Origin: Candidatus Hermodarchaeota archaeon
GTDB lineage: Archaea; Asgardarchaeota; Thorarchaeia; Thorarchaeales; Thorarchaeaceae
Direction of reading: 5' to 3'
DNA: 14,102 nt
NCBI GenBank assembly: GCA_048885865.1
Contig: JBHLLF010000059.1
Span: 1-14,102, forward strand
This document shows positions 1-7,535 of the stretch, one piece after another. The translations under genes were made by a program, and so were the position numbers. The notes under the pieces were generated by a model. It worked only from the letters and a program-made list of their open reading frames with translations. It was not told the origin of the DNA and searched no databases. Numbering within the stretch: position 1 is the first letter of the stretch; each line of letters starts with the position of its first letter.

Positions 1-10
1 TTCTATCGGA

Positions 11-248
11 GACCACACCCCCAACAAACTACTGGGTGGCAGGTCGGAGTCCAGCAAGTGCCATCTGTTCTGTAGGGACCTGCTTCGAGTGACTGTGGCC
101 GCACAGCCACCGCCTGATACGGGAGGCATGGACGATTCCATGACGATCACATATCCATTCGACCCGACCCGGTTGTGACCCAACTAGGGTCTTTTCTGAA
201 GCAGGTGCCTTCACGCCTACTGGGGCTGGCTAGGAACTGCTAGCCCCA
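11..248 (-). ncRNA. Candidate structured non-coding RNA of unknown class (multibranch, ~220-240 nt visible, may extend past the window edge)
   Basis: No credible ORF in six frames. About 57% GC, higher than the other intergenic stretches. Nested complementary segments (+ coordinates): 12-22/222-230, 23-28/64-69, 29-35/51-57, 72-76/216-220, 78-86/198-206 (9 bp perfect), 89-97/102-110, 112-115/124-127, 128-132/154-158, 166-170/187-191, 172-175/181-184. Most in-helix mismatches are A.C on + and therefore G.U on -. Folded by eye only. Confidence 0.6.
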
Positions 249-325
249 TTCCAAGGTTTTCAAAGCGAATTGTCTAGCAGAACATTCAAAACTAGGTTCG
301 AGGGACACATCAGACTAGAGTGCAC

Positions 326-331
326 GAGGTG
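326..331 (+). promoter_or_regulatory. Shine-Dalgarno site for the carboxyltransferase gene
   Basis: GAGGTG ends 7 nt before ATG 339, which supports 339 rather than TTG 270 as the start. Confidence 0.8.
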
Positions 332-338
332 TCCTGCG

Positions 339-1889
339 ATGAGCAAGAAAGACAAGTTTGAGCGGCTTGCCAAGATGCGTGAAGAAGCCAAACTCGGCGG
401 TGGAGAAGATCGTATCAAGAAACAGCACGAGAAGGGCAAGTACACGGCGAGGGAACGCATTGAGAAGCTGCTTGACCAGGGCTCGTTTGTAGAGATCGAT
501 GAGTTTGTGGTTCATCGGGAAACCGCTTTTGGCATGGATGAGAAGCAGGTCTTGGGTGACGGAGTCATCACTGGATATGGGACGATTGACGGCCGAAAGG
601 TCTTCATCTTCAGTCAGGACTTCACAGTTTTCGGTGGCTCATTGGCCGAGATGTATGGTGACAAGATTGTCAAGGTCATGGAGATGGCAATGGATGCTGG
701 TGCTCCCTGCATTGGCCTGAATGACAGCGGCGGTGCTCGCATACAAGAAGGTGTCAAGTCACTCGTTTCGTACTGCAACATTTTCAGACTGAATACCTGG
801 GCAAGTGGTGTGATTCCGCAAATCAGTGCGATTCTAGGTCCTTGTGCAGGTGGCGCTGTCTATAGCCCTGCTGTAACTGATTTCACATTGATGGTCAAGG
901 GCACCTCTCACATGTTTATCACTGGCCCTGAAGTCATCAAGACTGTTACGGGTGAAGAGGTCACCTTTGAAGAGCTCGGAGGTGCAATGACCCACAACAG
1001 TGTAAGTGGCGTTGCTCAATTTGCCAGCGAGGATGAGGACCACTGTTTCGAGCAAATACGCAAGCTCCTCAGCTTCATCCCAAGCAACAACTTAGAGGAT
1101 CCTCCCAGAGTGATGAGCGACTGTTCACCTGATGACATAGATGAGTCAATTGACGACATAGTTCCTGATGACCCCAACAAGCCCTATGACATGCGTGATG
1201 TGGTGACAAGGGTTGTGGATAATGGAGATTTCTTTGAGGTCCATGAGCATTGGGCGAAAAACATGATTGTGGGCTTTGCTCGGGTGGATGGTCGCTCAAT
1301 AGGGATTGTTGGGAACCAGCCTGCTCACCTGGCTGGCACTCTAGACATCAACGCGTCAGATAAGCTCGCCAGATTCGTTCGTTTCTGTGATGCTTTCAAC
1401 ATTCCAGTCATAACATTCATGGATGTCCCTGGATATCTACCTGGAACTGCACAAGAATGGGGCGGTATAATCCGTCATGGTGCGAAAATACTCTATGCTT
1501 TTGCAGAAGCCACAGTACCGAAAATCACGATAATCACTCGAAAGGGGTATGGAGGCGCCTTCGACGTAATGTCATCAAGACATATCGGTGCTGACTTGGT
1601 CTATGCTTGGCCCACTGCAGAGATTGCAGTTATGGGGCCAGATGGAGCGATTAACATCATCTTCCGCAAAGAGATTGAAAAGGCAAAGAACAAGGAGAAG
1701 AAACGCGAAGAGCTTGTGAAAGAATATCGGGAGAGATTTGCCAATCCGTATATCGCCGCAGGATTGGGCTACATTGACAAGGTAATCTTTCCATACGAAA
1801 CTCGATCATTAATCTGCAAGGGATTGGATGTTCTAGCAAGTAAAAGGCAGAGCAGACCACCCAAGAAACATGGGAATATGCCTCTTTAA
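339..1889 (+). CDS. pccB: Acyl-CoA carboxylase carboxyltransferase subunit (propionyl-CoA carboxylase beta / methylmalonyl-CoA decarboxylase alpha family), 516 aa
   Basis: Family motifs [85 protein letters not shown] and C-terminal KKHGNMPL. Direction (carboxylase or decarboxylase) cannot be determined from sequence. Confidence 0.95.
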   Translation: MSKKDKFERLAKMREEAKLGGGEDRIKKQHEKGKYTARERIEKLLDQGSFVEIDEFVVHRETAFGMDEKQVLGDGVITGYGTIDGRKVFIFSQDFTVFGGSLAEMYGDKIVKVMEMAMDAGAPCIGLNDSGGARIQEGVKSLVSYCNIFRLNTWASGVIPQISAILGPCAGGAVYSPAVTDFTLMVKGTSHMFITGPEVIKTVTGEEVTFEELGGAMTHNSVSGVAQFASEDEDHCFEQIRKLLSFIPSNNLEDPPRVMSDCSPDDIDESIDDIVPDDPNKPYDMRDVVTRVVDNGDFFEVHEHWAKNMIVGFARVDGRSIGIVGNQPAHLAGTLDINASDKLARFVRFCDAFNIPVITFMDVPGYLPGTAQEWGGIIRHGAKILYAFAEATVPKITIITRKGYGGAFDVMSSRHIGADLVYAWPTAEIAVMGPDGAINIIFRKEIEKAKNKEKKREELVKEYRERFANPYIAAGLGYIDKVIFPYETRSLICKGLDVLASKRQSRPPKKHGNMPL

Positions 1890-1903
1890 TTCATTTCACA
1901 CAT

Positions 1904-1919
1904 CAATTCTGGAGAATTG
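1904..1919. repeat. Perfect 7-2-7 inverted repeat CAATTCT-GG-AGAATTG
   Basis: Seen directly, 15 nt after the pccB stop and about 25 nt upstream of a BRE/TATA-like GAGAAACTTATA (1937-1948). Confidence 0.5.
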
Positions 1920-2056
1920 GTTTAACGAATCTCATGGAGAAACTTATAGACTCACACTTCTGCTCCTTTCCGTCTTGGGAAAAAGCTAAAGAACAGTCTT
2001 GCTTTCAGATTTGACAGAGGAGCGCCACAGCACCTGTCATGATTGGAGGTGGGAAC

Positions 2057-3667
2057 TTGAAGGCCAAAGGTTTGATTGGAATCTCTTTTGCAATCATTGT
2101 CTTGCTCCTGGTCACCACTCCGATCACTGCAAGTGAAAATGGCGAAACGTACATCGCTAGATTACTACCAAGTTTGGCAAGAGATTCTTCTGCTCTGCCA
2201 AGCACCTTAATTGAGGAAAGCAACAGTCCTAGAATTGCAGTCGTAAAACCAATCTTCACAGCCACTGCCTATTCATATGCCTTCTATCAATTCTATAGCA
2301 AGTACATATCAAGTACGCAACCTTTCATCACCACTGACCTCCATTACCTCAATGTGACAGTGAAGGATGGGTGGGGATGGAGCAACCGGTTGAACAAATT
2401 CCTCAGCAGTTTCAAAGCAGAGAGTGCAGGTCTATCCCTTGGCGAAACCTTCGCACTCATTGATGAAATTGATGTATTAAATGGCGCATTATTCAATGAG
2501 GAAGAACGAGTCTATGATGTAGTGATTCTTGGATTCACCGAATATGTCACTCTCGAAGAATACTATTACTACAAAAGATTCGTTGAAACCGGGGGCACTC
2601 TAATCATAATGGATGCATGCAATTTTCTGGCCGAAGTGAAATATTATCCTCCAACAACACCTGGCGAACCAGGGTACCTCAGCTTGGTCAAGGGCCATGG
2701 ATGGGAGTTCAATGGAACTCATGCTTGGAAATCGGTGTATCACCGGTGGCCTGAGGAGAACAGGAATTGGATTGGCAGCAACTATTGGAGATGGTGGACA
2801 GGGAAACACTATGACTTTTTCCAAGCCAACACAACCCATCCAATCAGCGTCTACATCAGGAATAGCTATGGACCAGAAACCAATACGCACTACAAGGGAC
2901 ATGAAGAGAACAAGCTGGAGAATCTCACAGGAACTGAAATTATTGGATACTGGCATTTCATAAATCCTGAGGAGGCGCCTACGGATCCAGTGGTTGCATA
3001 CCAGCACAGATACAGAAATGGAAGTGTGTTTCACACCGGCATAATGGCAAGTGATGTCATCGATATCCAGGAGTTCTTGCAGGCATTCCTCATAAGTGCG
3101 GTAAGAATGGGTCTGTATGGCGAAGTGGGAGATTGGACCTTCTGGGAGGACTCATCATTTGAGTCTTCAACCAAGATGTTATACGAAAATGGAACTCAAA
3201 TACCACAAGAGGGATGCATTTCCGGAGTAATTACTTTCCTAGTGACTTTTGACACAAATATCATTGCTCGAAATCAGAAACCATACCTTCTGAGTGATGT
3301 GCATGTTCGCATCTATCATCTGGATTCTAATTCATCATCCGAATCGACAACTGTTGCGGGTCGGATTTTGCGTAGAAATCCTCTCAATTGGAGCATCGAG
3401 ATAAACACATGCAATCTTACTGATGCAAGATATGTGTTTGAAATCGGTTGCAGGTTCATATTTTCGTCCGATGAGTTGGATTATGTTGATTCGATTCTTA
3501 TGGTCGCAATACACGAAGTGGATAACATCGATGATGACGTAGTAGATAGCACCGATGATGAGATCTTGAAAGGGTTCTACCTGACTCTTGGATCACTTGG
3601 CACAGTTCTGGCTTTTATTTGCGTATATATTGTCTTGAGCAGCAGGGTCACTCCAAATCCTGGGTAG
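2057..3667 (+). CDS. Secreted, C-terminally membrane-anchored glycoprotein with an N,N-dimethylformamidase beta-subunit-like domain
   Basis: GGAGGTG (2045-2051) precedes TTG 2057. N-terminus is basic then hydrophobic (KAKGLIGISFAIIVLLLVTTPITA). Nine N-x-S/T sequons, an acidic linker and a C-terminal TM helix (GFYLTLGSLGTVLAFICVYIVL). The segments IAVVKPIFTATAY, YDVVILGFTEYVT..EY...KRFVETGGTLI and LVKGHGWEFNG..AWKSV resemble, from memory, archaeal DMFase-like domain proteins. The ORF is secure; the domain call is moderate. Confidence 0.7.
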   Translation: MKAKGLIGISFAIIVLLLVTTPITASENGETYIARLLPSLARDSSALPSTLIEESNSPRIAVVKPIFTATAYSYAFYQFYSKYISSTQPFITTDLHYLNVTVKDGWGWSNRLNKFLSSFKAESAGLSLGETFALIDEIDVLNGALFNEEERVYDVVILGFTEYVTLEEYYYYKRFVETGGTLIIMDACNFLAEVKYYPPTTPGEPGYLSLVKGHGWEFNGTHAWKSVYHRWPEENRNWIGSNYWRWWTGKHYDFFQANTTHPISVYIRNSYGPETNTHYKGHEENKLENLTGTEIIGYWHFINPEEAPTDPVVAYQHRYRNGSVFHTGIMASDVIDIQEFLQAFLISAVRMGLYGEVGDWTFWEDSSFESSTKMLYENGTQIPQEGCISGVITFLVTFDTNIIARNQKPYLLSDVHVRIYHLDSNSSSESTTVAGRILRRNPLNWSIEINTCNLTDARYVFEIGCRFIFSSDELDYVDSILMVAIHEVDNIDDDVVDSTDDEILKGFYLTLGSLGTVLAFICVYIVLSSRVTPNPG

Positions 3668-3733
3668 TGTTCCTTGCATGCCCCTCAAAATTGACATCAG
3701 AGCTGGACGCCTAAGCAATATTCCAATTTATGG

Positions 3734-5362
3734 CTAAGATTTATTCCTCGGAAGCATGATTACCATGCTTGCACCCTGCTGATGATCCCCATCGACGCGG
3801 TCCTCAACCCATATTCGTCCGCCATACCGGTTAATGATGCGGCGAACTAGAGTGAGGCCCAAGCCACTTCCACGTCTCTCTCTATCTCCAAACCGTGCGA
3901 GAATTGCCTTCTTCAGAGTATCATTAATTCCCGGTCCCCTGTCTTGGACTCTTATAGCGAGAAAGCTCTCTCCTTCTTTGTCATCTGCAATGACATCGAT
4001 GACAATGATGTCATTCGTGTCCATTCTGGCGGCATTGTGAAGCAGATTATAGAACACATCAACCAGAAACTCATCAGCCATTACTGAATATTGCTCCTCA
4101 CCAAAGTTGATGTTGATTCTGATGTTTAACGACGGGTATGAATCCTTGACCATGTCAATTGCTTCAGTGAGCGCTAGATATGGATCCGCTGGAACCAGCT
4201 CGGACTCTTCTCCAAGCGCCGCCAGTTTCTTAACATTGGTCACTAATTTTGCCCCTCTCTGAGTCTGTGCCAGCGCCGACTTTGCTAGGGATTCCAATTC
4301 CTCAGAAAGGCTGCCGCTATCAAGCATCAGCTCCATGCTTGACATGATTCCCTGTTGGAGATTGGATATGTCATGAGCCATCAGGTCATTGTAGAACGCA
4401 GCTGTCGCCACAGCTTCCTCCAACTGGCGTTCCGTCCTTTTCCTCTCTGTGATGTCACGAGCAATGCCTAGTATTCCAATTGGCTTATCCTTGTTATCCC
4501 GAAGAAACGCCCGCGATATTTCAGTCCAGAATCTTGACCCGTCCTTGTGAAGGAATTCAAGCTCAAGTGGTGGTGCATCATAACCTTCTTTTCCAACTTC
4601 CTCTTCAAGTCTAAGCGTTTCAGCAAGAGTCTCTTGAGTTATCTCAATTGTATCTTTGGGCATTATTGAAGTGACACTTTTGCCTATGAGCTCCTCAGGT
4701 TTGTACCCAAGTACTGTTTCACTCGCCGGGCTAATATATGTCACTTTAAGATTCAGGTCTGTTGTCCATATGACATCCTTTGCACTCTCTGCCAACAAAC
4801 GTAATCTCTGTTCATTTGAGCGTAGAGCTTCTTGTGCCAAATGTCTTGCCAGAACTGTCGAGAGCATTCTTGCTATTATCTGGAACAAGGTTCTGTCTTG
4901 TTCTGATAGATCTTTCCTCTTTCGAGCTGCAATATTCAGGACACCAAGAAGCTCCTCGTTGGGTCCAAGTATCGGCCAGAATATTAATGCCTGAATTCCC
5001 ATTTGGTCCAAGACGGCTTTTCGCGGCTTCAAAATTGAGCTACTCTGAATGTCTGATTCAAAGATTGGCTTCTTTGTGCGAGCAACATGTGCAGCGAGAT
5101 ATTCCTGATCATCTAGAGGCACTTCACTTCGCGTGCCAGCAGGGATGCCAACGACTGCATGCAATTTCAGTATTTGATTTACATCATCATAGAGTCTAAT
5201 GGTTCCAAGGTCAAAACCCAGAATCTCGACTAATCCTGATATTATCCTGTGACTTGTTGCCTGTGTATAGGTCTGTTCTAGCGCCGTTTCCGCAATTAGC
5301 TGGAGTGCCATTCGCTCCCGCTCAAATGCATCTCTCGCCTTGGTGGACTCAGGTTCGTCCAT
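3734..5362 (-). CDS. Soluble GAF-PAS sensor histidine kinase
   Basis: GAF (GTIRLYD...LKLHAVVG...PILGPNEELLGVLNIA), PAS/PAC (YISPASETVLGYKPEELIGK...HKDGSRFW...GIARDITERK), H box DLMAHDISN, N box VFYNLLHNA, G1 DRGPGI, G2 GSGLGL. SD-like GGAGTGA at 5376-5370. Start is ATG 5362 or TTG 5365. Confidence 0.93.
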   Translation of the reverse strand: MDEPESTKARDAFERERMALQLIAETALEQTYTQATSHRIISGLVEILGFDLGTIRLYDDVNQILKLHAVVGIPAGTRSEVPLDDQEYLAAHVARTKKPIFESDIQSSSILKPRKAVLDQMGIQALIFWPILGPNEELLGVLNIAARKRKDLSEQDRTLFQIIARMLSTVLARHLAQEALRSNEQRLRLLAESAKDVIWTTDLNLKVTYISPASETVLGYKPEELIGKSVTSIMPKDTIEITQETLAETLRLEEEVGKEGYDAPPLELEFLHKDGSRFWTEISRAFLRDNKDKPIGILGIARDITERKRTERQLEEAVATAAFYNDLMAHDISNLQQGIMSSMELMLDSGSLSEELESLAKSALAQTQRGAKLVTNVKKLAALGEESELVPADPYLALTEAIDMVKDSYPSLNIRININFGEEQYSVMADEFLVDVFYNLLHNAARMDTNDIIVIDVIADDKEGESFLAIRVQDRGPGINDTLKKAILARFGDRERRGSGLGLTLVRRIINRYGGRIWVEDRVDGDHQQGASMVIMLPRNKS

Positions 5363-5554
5363 CAATTATTCACTCCGAGTTACATGCACGCCAGTATGGT
5401 GCCCTCATGAAGGTATCTATTCTCAATTCACTATGATGAATCATGTTGTTATAATCATCGGTTGAGCATCTAAGGAGTTATGTGAGTCGAAATCCGTCGC
5501 CATCAAGCAACTCTTTTATCCAGCAAAGGCACTCCAACGGAAGGTGTCGCTTCA

Positions 5555-6547
5555 ATGTCCCACGGTGAATCCGTTCTGATTACTGGAGGCACAGGCTTCA
5601 TAGGATCTCATTTAGCCCGCAAACTTGTTCGTGATGGGCATGAGGTTGTTCTCTTTGACCTCTACCCGAATCCCCATGGTATCGCAGATATCACGGATCA
5701 AGTCAGTGTTTTAGTAGGAGATGTAGCTGACTCCAAGGCAATTGCAGATGCGATAGACCAATACAAGATTGGATCGGTCATTCATACTGCTGCAATGCTC
5801 TCAGTTGCGGCTGCAACCGAACTACGAACCGCCTATAATGTCAACATTGATGGAACTTTCAATATCCTTGAGGCCTGTAGAGTAAAAGGAGTAGAAAAGG
5901 TCGTGTTCCTTAGCAGTCTTGCCGCGTTTGGACCCAACTCTCCATTCCCCTTTCATGAAACGACATACAGAGAACCAGCCAGCTTCTACGGTGTGAGTAA
6001 AGTCTGCGGAGAAGTCTTGGGCACGTTCTATCATCATACGCATGGTCTGGATTTCAGATGCGTCCGGCTCGCTGTTGTTATTGGGCCTGGGAGACGAGGC
6101 AAAGGCGCGACAGTATCATTCTCAAAATTCGTTGAGGATGTAGTCCTGCAAAGGCCGGGAATCATATTGGTTCCAGACTATACAGTCCTTCCAATAATCC
6201 ATGTTGAAGATGCCACAAATTTGCTCTTGGCGCTATGGAAAGCCGATAGCGTGGACAAAAGGATTCTCATGTCTGGAGGAGTGCCAATAGCCATCGAGGA
6301 ATTCGTCAGTCAGGTCAAGAAGCTGGTCCCCGATGCTGATGTGCGATACCAGGAAGACCCAACGGTTGAAGAGGTTGCTGGAACTTGGACTCTACTCACA
6401 ACAATGCTTGTGCAACAGGGTCAAGAGAAGGTCTATCGAGAGATTGATGATATTGGATGGAAACTGACAATTGATGACGCTGAGAAGCTAGCTACGCATT
6501 TCGTCGATGAAGTCAGGACTAATCGTGACATGTACGAGTCATACTAG
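5555..6547 (+). CDS. Extended SDR (NAD-dependent epimerase/dehydratase family), similar to SDR-type L-threonine 3-dehydrogenase
   Basis: TGGTGFIG Rossmann motif, HTAAMLS, NVNIDGTFNILE, SSLAAFGP, catalytic YGVSK and GLDFRCVRL. SD-like GGAAGGTG at 5539-5546 and TATA-like TTTTAT at 5514-5519. Confidence 0.88.
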   Translation: MSHGESVLITGGTGFIGSHLARKLVRDGHEVVLFDLYPNPHGIADITDQVSVLVGDVADSKAIADAIDQYKIGSVIHTAAMLSVAAATELRTAYNVNIDGTFNILEACRVKGVEKVVFLSSLAAFGPNSPFPFHETTYREPASFYGVSKVCGEVLGTFYHHTHGLDFRCVRLAVVIGPGRRGKGATVSFSKFVEDVVLQRPGIILVPDYTVLPIIHVEDATNLLLALWKADSVDKRILMSGGVPIAIEEFVSQVKKLVPDADVRYQEDPTVEEVAGTWTLLTTMLVQQGQEKVYREIDDIGWKLTIDDAEKLATHFVDEVRTNRDMYESY

Positions 6548-6560
6548 GAGGGTATGGATC

Positions 6561-7535
6561 TTGAAAGAAATCATGAAGACCTTAGTTATAGGTGGAGGCG
6601 CTATGGGCCATGGTATTGCACAAGTCTTTGCACAATCTGGATGTGACGTGGTCATTGTTGATATCAATGAAGAAGTGCTATCGAATGCAAAGAGGCATGT
6701 TGATGCCAATCTCAAGTTCCTTGCTCAGCATGGTCTGGTAGAGGCGGTGTCAATTGGAGATGTCCTCAATAGGATTCAGACTGAGCCTGATATCTCAAAA
6801 GCTCCATCGGACATCGATTTCATCATCGAGGCTGTCCCAGAAGATGTTGAACTGAAGCAAAAAGTTCTGAGTGGTGCAGAAGCCCACTGTTCCGATGATA
6901 CTATTCTTGCCACAACTACATCCGTTATTCAGGTTGGAGACATAGCAGAGGGTATCACCAAGCCTGAACGCTTCATCGGAGCCCACTGGATGAATCCACC
7001 ATATGTTCTCCCTCTAGTTGAGGTCATCCCTGGACCAAAAACATCTGATGATGTCGTAAAAAGAGTCAGGAGTTTCCTAGAGGACACATGTGGGAAACGC
7101 ACAGTCACCTGCGGAGATGCACCTGGATTTCTAGTCAATAGGATGGCAGCCGCTGTGTTGGTCGAGGCCGCGAAGATGGTGCAAGATGGAATTGCATCCT
7201 TTGAAGACATTGACAGGGCATGGAAGGAACACATGGGCTACATATTCCTACAGTTTGGTCCCTTCGGGAATATCGACCACATAGGACTGGATGTGATCAA
7301 CATGGCGGCGAATTATCTTGCGTTTGTCCTCGAGGACGAGCGTTTCCGTCCGCCTGCCTGGTTGCAAGAGAAGGTCGAGGCAGGACACCTCGGGACCAAG
7401 AGCGGTAAGGGCGTCTATGACTATGGAGGTAGGTCTCCAGAGGATCTCCGCATCGAGAGGATTGAGAAGCTCCTCGAGGTCATCCGAAGACGAGAGGGCC
7501 GAATTCAGCCCTCTGGAGTCGCAGCTAGAACTTGA
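6561..7535 (+). CDS. 3-hydroxyacyl-CoA dehydrogenase family protein (NAD-binding + C-terminal domains)
   Basis: GGGAMGHGIA, IIEAVPEDVELK, catalytic His/Glu in HWMNPP..LPLVEV, PGFLVNR, DHIGLDV and GHLGTKSGKGVY. GGAGGG (6547-6552) overlaps the upstream stop and lies 8 nt before TTG 6561; ATG 6573 is an alternative start. Confidence 0.9.
   Translation: MKEIMKTLVIGGGAMGHGIAQVFAQSGCDVVIVDINEEVLSNAKRHVDANLKFLAQHGLVEAVSIGDVLNRIQTEPDISKAPSDIDFIIEAVPEDVELKQKVLSGAEAHCSDDTILATTTSVIQVGDIAEGITKPERFIGAHWMNPPYVLPLVEVIPGPKTSDDVVKRVRSFLEDTCGKRTVTCGDAPGFLVNRMAAAVLVEAAKMVQDGIASFEDIDRAWKEHMGYIFLQFGPFGNIDHIGLDVINMAANYLAFVLEDERFRPPAWLQEKVEAGHLGTKSGKGVYDYGGRSPEDLRIERIEKLLEVIRRREGRIQPSGVAART

Noticed and set aside
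34-66. SRP RNA helix 8 look-alike on + strand (GGCAGGTCGGAGTCCAGCAAG inside GGTGGCA/TGCCATC)
   Set aside because: CAGG and AGCA are present, but the 9 nt between them cannot form the 3-bp stem plus GNRA loop, and most wobble evidence elsewhere favours the minus strand. A cmscan should still be run.
29-214. 61-aa minus-strand ORF
   Set aside because: GTG start without an SD and no protein-like features; the region is better explained by RNA structure.
3-233. Selenoprotein read-through in + frame 3 (C-F-E-TGA, CxxU-like)
   Set aside because: The surrounding translation resembles no selenoprotein, a second TGA follows, and no convincing SECIS is visible.
1-250. RNase P RNA, cobalamin riboswitch, tmRNA/tRNA-Ala or T-box as identity of the structured region
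   Set aside because: Only short isolated matches (ACAGAA, GACCUGCC, GGGGCU, GGGUGG). There is no GAGGAAAGUCC, no complete B12 box, no D or T arm and no T-box consensus.
270-338. N-terminal extensions given by the ORF track (also 2039, 6507, 10458, 13002)
   Set aside because: Family homology begins at downstream starts, and SD positions support them in all but the M20 gene. The 6507 start would also overlap the upstream gene.
2600-3034. 144-aa antisense ORF and the other short shadow ORFs (e.g. 4780-5199, 4656-4994, 6929-7234, 12359-12667)
   Set aside because: All lie within or opposite well-supported genes and show no recognisable motifs.
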